From NCBI RefSeq assembly GCF_964204645.1, contig NC_134025.1:19939101-20003100 (forward strand): a stretch of DNA of 64,000 nucleotides, in the 5' to 3' direction. The stretch comes from Tubulanus polymorphus (taxonomy: Eukaryota; Animalia; Nemertea). Below, one piece after another: positions 1 to 10,526 of the stretch (position 1 is its first letter; each line of letters begins with the position of its first letter). The notes below the pieces were generated by a model, which made no database searches, was not told the origin of the DNA, and was given only the letters and a program-made list of their open reading frames with translations. The translations under genes and the position numbers were made by a program.

Positions 1-134
1 TACACAAGGATTCAAATTGTACAGGTTCAAGATATGCTGTCAACAATTGATTGGATGATATGCCTACAGAATTACTTAAAATTTTCTATTTCATTTCCAT
101 TTTAGAACTAGACGTTTCATTAGCTGCTTAAACA

Positions 135-3100
135 ATGCCAGTGTCAACAGCTGAGTCATCATTTTTGGAAATCCGACAGCGATACTGTGAAGCCACTCAG
201 AATGGAAAGTTATCTTACACACATTATGCTAAAGGTTTGATCATTGGTGATGTAGGTGTCGGAAAATCTTGCGTGAAAAATACACTTATTGGTAAACCGA
301 ATGTTGAAAATGAAGAAACGCATACATTTGGAGTAAAGCAGGATACAATTGAGACGTATTCCTCATCAAAAGTCTTTCACAAAGTTGAAGAATCTGAGCG
401 TGAATTTTCTAAAGCTGCCGTATTTTTAGCTTTGTACAGTAAAGACTTCATTTTGGCAAAAGTCAATTCGGTAACGTCGGAACATTTGAAGAAAGGTTGT
501 CAACTTATGGTATCATTCTTGTGTTTGTTAATGTGTGTTTGTATACATTGTGGAAGTACACTTAATTTCAGTTTTCTTTATGTATTCAGTATCATTGGAG
601 CGTTGTCCATGAATTATATTTTAGATGTACCCTACAATTTGTACAGGTATGGTCAACATCTCTCTATTGTTTGCGTTGTTATGAAAGTCATTTGTGCAGA
701 AGATTCAGTTTGGAGTCACAGTAATATTGCTACCAATTACAGTAGCGCAAAACTAGGTCTCTTAATTGTAGTAGTTGGAATTGTCATCAGTAGTTTGGTT
801 ATCGGTATTAGTCACAAGTTCTCCTTCACATCAGGGATATGTTGCTATTTTATGGCAACAGGAGAATCAGGAATCTCAGTCAGCATATTCAATGATTATA
901 ATACTATTGCTAAACTTATTATATGTATCGTGATACATTTTTTGATAGATTATTACGCGACATATTTTAGGCAATATTTCAAAAGCATTGAGGCCAGACA
1001 TGGCATCATACCGTGTTTATTATTTGCCATTTTCTACAAGTCAATGCCGGTGTTCGTAACGTGTGCCAGCTTCTCCATATTATTTTCATTAGGGATGAAA
1101 TTGAGTGAATATTTGTGTGATAGACAAAAATATATTGTTAAACGAGATATTGGACATACTATCCAATATGTAATTGGTGTTGAAATTGGGATTATTCTCA
1201 GTCAGTATCTTGATTGGCAACTGCATTTTTCGGTATTTCACACATTGCTTTCCTTGGCAATTTACATTTTTGTTGAATTATTTTTTTGCTATCAAAATCA
1301 ATTTGATGCCTACCCTGCAGATGTAGTAGAGCACCTACAAGAATGTGGCTACCAGTCATGGCCTGTTAAGGTGTGCTTGTTGGATTTTGCTGGTAGCGAG
1401 TTATTTCGGGATGCCAATCATTTGTTCATGGGAGAAAGTGCAATATATATGATTGTTTTATCTCTCCATGAAGCTATACTACAGCCGGAATACCAACTAA
1501 ATAGGGTAATTTACTGGTTGAATGTTGTTTTTGCCCACACTCATTACAGAAATGCTAAAGTCATTCTCATCGGTACGAACAAAAGTAGATGTATGAATGA
1601 TGAAATCAAAGGATTTGGTCTATATCTGAAGGATAATTTGAAAAAGAACTTCAAAGATTGTTTAGCTTTAAATAAAAACAGAAATTTTGTTCCATTGTTC
1701 GCGATTGATAATATGGAATCAATGGATACCGTTGGTTCTGACTTAGATGAACTTCATAATGCCATATGGAAGTATGCTAACGATAGAGAGTTTACACACC
1801 AAAATGTTCCTGTTCAGTGGGTCAAATTTAATGATTTGATCATTCACAAACGTAATTTGCGCAGAACTGGTGAAAGTGAGCATTTAGATTGCTGTATTAC
1901 CGATGTGAATGTGCTTTATCAAGAGGTTAAAGAATTATGTATTGTAAATGATGAGCCAGAATTTTATAAACTGTTAGAATTTTACATTAGTTGTGGTGAA
2001 ATATTTTATCGTATGTGTGATCCTCGGCTGTATAAATATGTAATCTTAGATCCACAGATTATCATGGATTGCACGGCCTGTCTTGCCGGTCAATACCTAA
2101 ACTCTATTCCGACGCATCTTCAATTGCACTGGGATCGTTTGGAACAAAAGGGCATCGCTTCACGTGAAATGTTGATGCATTTACTAAAAGGCATTCCCGG
2201 ACTGAGGGAGTACTATATCGCAATACTGCAGGGTTTAGATTTACTTGTACCAATCGAGAGTCAGATCGGTTTGTTGTTTAGCGAGTCCGACACCTATATC
2301 GTACCATTCAGACTACCTTTGCGTCTGACATCGTCGCGCTATAATGATGACGTCGAACAATTTTATTTCGATTTCGGACCATTCAATCCGCAAATGATCT
2401 TTCTGAATCTCATTGCCAAGTGCTTTCAGATGTCGAAGTTTGTTGCTGAACAAAAAGAACTGCGAGTATCTGACCATGACTGGACGAACAATTTGTACAA
2501 GGATTGTGTCGAGTTCTATTATGGTGACTTGTTTCATTATAAAATCGAAAATTTACAAAACTCCATCGATCGAAATATCTTTCTTGTCAGCGTTTGGAAA
2601 ATCGACCACTCTGCATCGATATTTTCATTGTATGGACTTCTCAATGGAATTATTCTGTCATTGTGCAAAAGGGATTTCCCATTCGTGTCGTATAGTGTTG
2701 GGGTGCTGTGCGATTGTGGTGACTATCACAAAGTTGAGCATCGCAATGATTATGGTCCGGTGAAATACATGCCAATTTCATTTCGTACTACCATCGAATA
2801 TAAGTGCAAGGGTGAAACCAAGATATATACCGAAAAAGATGCTCCACACGAGGTAGGTCAACTGATAGTTTAGTAAAGAAACGTGATTATAACATCAGTT
2901 GCAACAACAGGAATTATCTGGGTTTTTTACTCTACAATCTATTAATTCTACCATCCGGATATCCTGCTGGCTTCATAGTGTGTGGTATATTTATTTGGAT
3001 AATTATGAGATGAGTATTCAAATTAGATGTTTCGAATAGCCAGCTGTAGCCTGAGCCTTTGCCTGTACAAATAGAATGAATGCTATGGTTTTCAGATGAA

Positions 3101-4352
3101 AGGTTTTTTCGTCTTGCAACTAAGTATATAGAAAGCAAAATATCAGACCAAAGAAACCGATCAGCTAACCTGATTGGGTTAGTTATAGATATAGGCAGGT
3201 GTTCACATACTACTCCCAGGATTTTAGATAAAAAATTGTATTTCAAGATATTTCTGAAGTATTTGTTCTTGCCAGCAGCGGTGTTACTTTAAAACGCGAT
3301 TGCACATATAAATTGTTAACCACAGCACCACGGTTATTCCACCAGATGGTGTGGGGAGCACTCAGTCTTATGTTATCAAAATTAGTTTATTTTCAATGAA
3401 CTTTGAACTGAATTTTTAGGGAAGAATTTTCAAATGCGTAGATCCTCACAGGACCCACCAAATATACAATAAATTAATTCTTCTACTTCTATAACGCTAA
3501 TCCTTGAATATCGGTAAAGTTTTCATTTATTTATTGATCTATGTAAGAAAAAGTTCATTCAGTTCTCACTGAAATATAGAAGAAATCGAACGCGAAAGAC
3601 CGAGGTACTACTAACAAACTTGGTGTAAGTGGAATCCTCGGTTCCCACAGGATGTCATAGGCTCCCCATAATATTGAAGCAGAATGTGTTATGTCACATA
3701 TAACCTACAAATTGCTTCATTTCATGAAAAGCAAATACTATAGGCCGACTGTAGTGCCCCTGTGTTTGGGCTCTTGTTTGTTCTATCTCATGATCTATTG
3801 ATTCAATTAAATTGTGTTGAATTGAATTCATTAATTCAAATTATTGCAATTATTTAATTCCAGGAACTTATCAGAGACCAGGAAATCTCTACACATGGCA
3901 TCCATAGTACAGCATTCATCTCTTGTAGCTCAGAGGACCGCGCTTGGGCTCAGTGTGAACTATTGCCTGCTTTGCAGAACATCCTGATACCTCGCAAAGA
4001 AATCCAGTTCAGTACAACACACAGTCAGATAATGATCAGCTTTACGCCAAACGAAAGATCGCGTCTAAGTCAAGAAGCAAAAAATCAACAATTTATTGTC
4101 TCAAGTACCTGTATTCTAGTCATTATTAGTCAAAACTACTTGCAAAATTGCATTAATGAATTGCATTTCGCCATCAAGCATTGTATCCAACACAAGAAAC
4201 GATTGATACCAATTCTATTGGACCAGTGTGAATGCCCGCATGAGTTGAGAATTGTCAAACCGCTTCAGTATCCTTCGGATGAAGGTCAGAATGTTTTTAC
4301 CGAATTTTATTTGCCTCTGATAAAATTGTTCAAAGATATGTCTAAGTGTTAG
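135..4352 (+). CDS. Roco-family GTPase with a multi-pass TM insertion inside Roc, a COR region and a C-terminal TIR domain; join(135..2852,3864..4352), ~1068 aa
   Basis: In-frame TAA at 129-131 precedes ATG 135. P-loop GDVGVGKS (246-269), G2-like THTFGV, G3 LDFAGS (DFAG 1383-1394), G4-like IGTNKS. COR-like motifs VPVQWVKF, YVILDPQIIMD, YIVPFRLP. Phase-0 donor GAG|GTAGGT at 2853 and acceptor TTCCAG|GAA at 3864 join in frame to AFISCSSEDRAWAQCELLPALQ...IISQNYLQNCINELHFA...RLIPILLDQCECP, which is TIR-like. Confidence 0.85.
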
Positions 4353-5068
4353 GATATACAAGGATATATTGCTGCTAATTTTGTCTCCAGAATCATGTTG
4401 TAAGCTTTCATCAGAACTACTTGAATCTGGTGTTATCAAAATCAGCCAAATCTTTACAGTGCTGTAGAATATGTTTCGACTCGAAACGTTTTAGAGAAGA
4501 GTGTCGAAGTTTAAAACGCGAGAATTATTGTTCATTGTCCTGATTAGTGCCTACATTAAGGTAAAGATGGCGAGTTAGTGCTAATCTGACTATGGATTCA
4601 GAACAGTTGAAGCTTACTTTGCTTTTGATGTTCATCACACATATATGTCTCAAAACCCCTCATGATGTGAGGACTGATAAATTTGTTGCATTTATTGGAA
4701 TGGCAGCACTATAAAATGAGCCTCTTCTATTGGTTTTTTATAGTGGTAGCTGCATGACGTCGAGATATCTTTAAGATCAGATTCCTATCGTATTCATTTT
4801 TTATACCCTCTACTATCCATCTTGCACGATTGTCCTGATATTTGGGTCATGGCTGATGTTTGACTATGCTGATGTCATTGTTGATTGTTTTCCATCATAA
4901 TCACCACTTCGTAACATATTTTTTAAGTTTTCAAGTTATACATGTATTTTGAAGACACTCGCATCAATTGCCTATTCATATGTTTATGCCATAATATGAA
5001 TGATGTGACATTAATTGCAAAGTTTTTTATTCATGCCTTTATTGTTTTCTATGAATTTAAAGGAAAAA

Positions 5069-5792
5069 TGTAGTGGAAGACAGTACAGGGTTCTGTTTTA
5101 CTGGGCAGGGACAGTCGCTCAAAGGTTTAAGTTAACTGTCAGATGAATACCTGGTAATGATGAAGTTCTAATTATCGATGACACATGCCGATATAGCTAC
5201 GATCCTAATACATCCACTTTTCGGGATCTATTAAGATCTTTATCGCTTTTTATTGCTACTAAAACAACAGAATTGCTTTATGATGACAGCTATCGGAGAT
5301 AAAGCTAGCCAGCAGCCACAGCAAGTCATATTAAATTGCGTGGGTTTTGACAATGGCCAAGTCAGCCAATCACTGACCGATGTCCAACAGATAAATTTTT
5401 ATTTGCGGTTTATACAAGCTGGTATAGATGTCTTCCATGATTACAATGCTGTTCAACAACAACAACAACAACAACAACAGCTAAAAACTCAACTTTAACT
5501 GACAATGCCTGAATTAGGACCAATATATATACTTCTGCTGAAAGAATATTCCAGAAATTGCCATCATATTCTAGATTGTATCTGGAAAGTTCCCTAAGAT
5601 TGTAAATAATTCCTAAACATTTCAGATAATTCTTCCCATTTCTGGTATTGTCCTAGATGCTTCTTCAATTCTAAAAACTGTAAACAACTAACAATATATC
5701 ACACTATTCTTGACCTAGTGCTACTCTGAGATAGTAACAATCACAAATCAATAATTCTCCAAACCTACACTACACTAAACATGAATATTACA
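5069..5792 (-). mobile_element. Probable solo LTR
   Basis: Termini TGTAGT...ATTACA form an imperfect inverted repeat. Read on the minus strand it has TTCTAGA/TCCAGAA-type short repeats, then a TATATAT box (~5524-5531), then AATAAA (~5248-5253). It contains the (CAA)n tract at ~5454-5478. No target-site duplication found. Confidence 0.4.
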
Positions 5793-6220
5793 GATAGAGG
5801 AATTTTCCTTCTGTCCATTGAGATTGAATAGCCAGTATATTAAATCTCAATATTTGTTTATATAGTGTATATTAGAAATAACCCGAATGATTTCCTGTAC
5901 ATTATCTGGTTTAGAAGGGCAGTTCGAAATAGTAAACGTTAAACGCTTAAGCTCAGTGTATAAACCATTCACGGATACCGCCCTGGAAACAATGGAGTTA
6001 GTTGAAAGAATGTTCTAAAACTTTTTGTGATTAAATCTGTCTTTCATCATTCAAGTTGTTTACTCGTTCTTATGAATGACCGTGAATAGAAATGTTTTTT
6101 TTATCATTAGAATTATATAATTATTATTAAAAATGATGAAATACTTGCTAGTTACTGATTTTATATTTTGCGTTGTGACTGAGTCCAATGGCGGAAAGTG
6201 TCATGTGGTCAATGGTATAT

Positions 6221-6806
6221 GGAGAAATTGTCCTGAAAAAAATGTCCCGGTCTATCATTACTAACTTGTTAATGTTGTTGATTTAACATCATTTAACACA
6301 ACAAACTTGGTATGTGTGCTTCATTTTAATTACAATTTCAACATGTGATAACAAATAATGGCTCTACTTCGATTTATTTATCTGTATAAAAAATATTCTT
6401 AAATTTGACGTAAAATTTAAGTAACTGTGCATTTACTACATAACTTTTCATAATTTTTCCATTAATGATATGTAATTTAGCAACTGCGCATTAATTTCAA
6501 TTGTAAAATCTTCTTAGATTTGATGTATCATGTAATGAGTTCAAAACGCTAGTCCTATAATTCTCATGGTACTCGATGAATTCTTTTTTTTAATGGTTAG
6601 TGTGCAATTAACACCATTACCAAGTTTGTTTGTGTTATTTTGATGTAAAATTTACTAAATAACTAATGATAGACTGGGTTTTTTTTTCTACCTTATATGA
6701 GACATTTTTTCCGGAGGAATTTTTTCCCTGGCATATTTTTTACGGGGACATTTTCCGGGACATTTTTTCCAAGGATGTTATTTCCCGGGACATTTTTACC
6801 TACATT
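6221..6806. mobile_element. Degenerate MITE-like element with subterminal GGACATTTTT repeats
   Basis: CCCGGTCTATCATTA...CACAACAAACTTGGTA (~6245-6312) is the inverted counterpart of TACCAAGTTTG...TAATGATAGACTGGG (~6618-6678); several GGGACATTTTTTCC repeats at 6698-6800. Confidence 0.4.
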
Positions 6807-6848
6807 CGTAGTCAATATATAAGTCTCCGGTCTACGGTATTCTTTTGG

Positions 6849-6856
<8 letters not shown>

Positions 6857-6928
<72 letters not shown>
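6857..6928. repeat. (TA)n microsatellite
   Basis: Perfect TA dinucleotide run. Confidence 0.97.
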
Positions 6929-6931
<3 letters not shown>

Positions 6932-7027
6932 TGAAGATGACTACAAGAAGTAAGTCGAAACGTCGAATAAACTATTGGTTCTAGAAAAATATGTTCGGAC
7001 TTTGGTCTTTCATTATCATTGTGGGAT

Positions 7028-7254
7028 TTTCGTTATTTTATCGTCACAACAGGGATATAGTGTTTGATCAATGCTGACTCATTATACATTTGAAGACAAT
7101 AGATTTGAAGACAATAGCTTATAAATACATGTTGTTGAATATTTCGTTATTTTATCGTCACAACAGGGATATAGTGTTTGATCAATGCTGACTCATTATA
7201 CATTTGAAGACAATAGATTTGAAGACAATAGCTTATAAATACATGTTGTTGAAT
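7028..7254. repeat. Two-copy 114-bp tandem duplication
   Basis: TTTCGTTATTTTATCGTCACAAC...GTTGTTGAATA starts at 7028 and again at 7142. Confidence 0.9.
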
Positions 7255-7822
7255 AATTGAACATAGAGATCGCTTCTTGGATTATTAATTGACGACTTGC
7301 TAGAACGCGTGCTCTGGTAACCAACGAAGCGGTATGTGCCGTATTGGCTTACACTATACACATTAATCTTCAAGAAGAAGACTGTAACGAATAACGTAAC
7401 TCAGAAAATATAAATCGTTCCTTGGAAATGCTACATGTATATTAAATTCGTTTTTAAAGGATAAAGAATTAAAGCAACATGGTGGGTAATGATACTTATA
7501 TATTATAAACTTGTTACACGCGCGTGTGTGTGTTTCTAAATAACGTTAGTTGTTATGAAAAAACTTTCCCACCGTATTTATTGTAGCATATGTACGTTGT
7601 ATTGCCGTATTATGTCTATGTCTAACCGGTAAACAAACTGGTTCCGTTCGTATTCATACTTCAAATAATTATATGCAATACATATGCACTTATATTGACA
7701 ATTTAAGTCAAATACATAGGCCCAGAAAGCGTCTTTAAAGACAACCACACGAGGTTGCTCTGCAACGTTAAATGCGCTCTGGAGATATAGATATATTGTT
7801 GACTCGGAACAAAATCACAGCA

Positions 7823-9872
7823 ATGGCAGCAATTGAAAATCTCCAGGCGCAGGTATAGTTTGCATATTTCCGTTAAGATTAGACTTATATGAATGTTATA
7901 CTATGGTCTATTTCCATTTAAAAACTGTTGTGTATATTTTCACGCGGGACTGATTAAACCATATTAGAAATCAGTAAATCCATAGCCTATAGGCCCTTTA
8001 TAACTATAGGACATATTATGATGATGTATAAAAAGGGTTAATTAGGGCCATGAATAGAAGTATTTGGCAGAAATGAATACCCTATTCTATTTCTATAGGT
8101 CCTACAAAACGTAACGATCATCTACCAATGATAACCCTCATATTATCGGGTTGTCGAGATTTTTTCATGGGCCGCTTAGGCTATCTGAAATAGTGAAATA
8201 GTTGAATTGATGCTCGTAACAATTCAAACCGATGAGTACCATGGATACTTGTAGATAGCGCCTCATTGAAACGACTGTCTGACAATACCGTAATATATCT
8301 AATATATAATTTTCAGGTGGATCAATTTTCAGAAGAAGAAATTGCAGGTAAGGCAACATCAAAGAAAACCCTGTTTCTCGGGCCTGACAGACCCGGATTT
8401 CGTCATTTCAAATAACTATAATGAAATTGCCTACCGACCTTATTTCGGATGAAATAAATTTTTTCAAAATTAAATTTGTGGCTGACCGACTACAAAGCTC
8501 TCCATCGTGATCTCGGCACAGATCGACACCATAAAATTATTTTTGACATCGGATTTAACAATTTGATTCTGGAAATGGTAGGCCTACAGCTGTGCTCAGA
8601 CATTGATGGCAACCTTGGAATGTACAATTCCAGGAATACCGTATAAGATAATTGTTAAAGGCCTATTCAAGATTTTGATGTTTTTCTTTTCATGAACAGT
8701 TTCCAAGTGTGTTCAAAATAATAGTTTTTTTATAGTTTATTGTACAAAAAAACCTGAACTTCCTTTTATTATTGTGGTCTTCTAATTGCTAATCATATTT
8801 TTTAACTGGAAATTTGGTCTTGCATAAAGACCGACCGACCGACCGACCGACCGACCGACCGACCGACCGACCGACCGACCGACCGACCGACCGACCGACC
8901 GACCGACCGACCGACCGACCGACCGACCGACCGACCGACCGACCGACCGACCGACCGACCGACCGACCGACCGACCGACCGACCGACCGACCGACCGACC
9001 GACCGACCGACCGACCGACCGACCGACCGACCGACCGAAATTGTAGTGTATGTGTAGGTTATACATAGGTATATCTGTGCTTTTCAGAATTTAAAGAGGC
9101 CTTTGCGATTTTTGACAAAGATAGCTCCGGATTCATTACGACAAAAGAGCTCGGTACAGTTATGAGAACGTTGGGCCAAAATCCAACAGAAGGTCAACTC
9201 GCATCAATGATTAGAGACATTGATGTGGATGGTAAGACAAAAGCTGGAAAGAAGGAATTTATGAAAATTTTCTCTTAAGAATAATACCTGAAAGTGGGTT
9301 ACAGGGAAACGTCCCTTCTCTCCAAAATTTCACCTGGGGAAGTTGAGGGATTGAAATTAGCAATTCGCATTACTTAAGTAGGAATTCGAAAATTATCAAA
9401 AATTATGAAGCGAGGCAACTTTATATTTTAAGCCCACTGAAAGCAATTTTCCTTAGTTGTTGTCTGCATGAATTCTTCCGTATACCAACATCGCATCCTC
9501 TCGTTTAATCGTGTAGGGAATGGAACTCTGGATTTCCAAGAATTTCTTGGTTTTATGGCGAGAAAAATGAACGACGGCACAGAAACCATAGATGACATCA
9601 TAGAATCGTTCCGCGCGTTTGATAAGGAAGGTAACGGGTTCGTAAGCGCTGAAGCATTGGAAAATTTCCTCATGAACATGGGCGAAAAACTGGACGAAGA
9701 CGAAATGGGGTGTATGCTGAAAGAAGCGGGAGTAGATCAAGATGGACAAATTAATTACGAAGGTAGGCATCGTTATATTCCAAATTGAATTCAGTATCGT
9801 GTATAGCACGGTAAGTAATTCTTTTCGTGGATTCTTTTATTTTCAGAGTTCGTTAGACTTATGATGTCATGA
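7823..9872 (+). CDS. Calmodulin-like EF-hand protein, 158 aa; join(7823..7852,8317..8347,9088..9231,9517..9762,9847..9872)
   Basis: Spliced translation [86 protein letters not shown]...[12 protein letters not shown]...[19 protein letters not shown]. All introns are GT-AG with compatible phases, and several sit at the usual calmodulin positions. Exon 1 is the least certain. Confidence 0.9.
8350..8781. mobile_element. Non-autonomous DNA-transposon-like repeat; a second copy starts at ~25850
   Basis: AAGGCAACATCAAAGAAAACCCTGTTTCTCGG...TTTCGTCATTTCAAAT...AATTGCCTACCGA matches AAGGCCACACCGGAAGAAAACCTTGTTTCTCGG...TTTCGTCATTTCAAAT...AATTGCCTACCGA at 25850-25950. TGTGGTCTT at ~8773-8781 is a candidate inverted right end. 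Confidence 0.5.
8829..9037. repeat. (GACC)n tetranucleotide microsatellite in intron 2 of the calmodulin-like gene
   Basis: About 52 perfect GACC units; explains the spurious DRPT/GRSV ORFs. Confidence 0.97.
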
Positions 9873-10526
9873 TTAATTTCCACGTACAATTATAGTTCAT
9901 TATGTTTATGTATATGTTAGAATTAGAATAAATTTTAGCTTTTTTGTAAAGAAAATTGTCCTCGCGAGTATACTTCGAAATATTTCCTTTCGTCAGTTTC
10001 ACACGAGTTCTTAATACGTTTCCGTAGCATTCTATGTAATCTACGTGTATTTATTTTTCTTTCTGCCAACCACAATGGAAGTTCATTTACCAAGGCTAAG
10101 GTCTAGACACGATGTTATTCGAAAACCACAAATATTGGTGCACAAATGTCGAGAAATATCTAGAGTATCCTGTGCAGCGTCGTATCGAGTCGATTCACTA
10201 TTCAAATCCGCTCGTAAATATCCCAAATTACTTCGTAACGAACGACAAGTCTGTGAAATAAAACACGATAAAACTGTAAGAACCGAATTGCGAGCGTCGG
10301 TCCTTGGGGGTTGTGGTTCCGAGCGATGTTTTTATCTGATGAAATGGCGCATTGATCGATACTGCAAATTGCATCCAGAAAAATACTGTGAATAGAATAA
10401 GAAAATGTTCTAGTAGTTTATTGGCGTGTCTGATTTATCTTAACATGGAATAGCACTGTTCCAGCTAATCGCATTACAATTTATGAGAAACTTTATTCTT
10501 ATCAAAACACGCTTAACTATCTGATT

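Noticed and set aside
3963-4352. Stand-alone 129-aa gene
   Set aside because: Starts at TTG; the frame is open back to a splice acceptor at 3864, so it is better explained as the terminal TIR exon of the Roco gene.
5253-5498. Poly-Q ORF
   Set aside because: A (CAA)n tract inside the probable LTR; no recognisable protein or splice context.
8782-9068. GRSV/DRPT repeat ORFs
   Set aside because: Translations of the intronic (GACC)n microsatellite.
10045-10395. 116-aa ORF between the CaM-like gene and the 359-aa ORF
   Set aside because: GTG start and no motif; probably 3' UTR or intergenic sequence.
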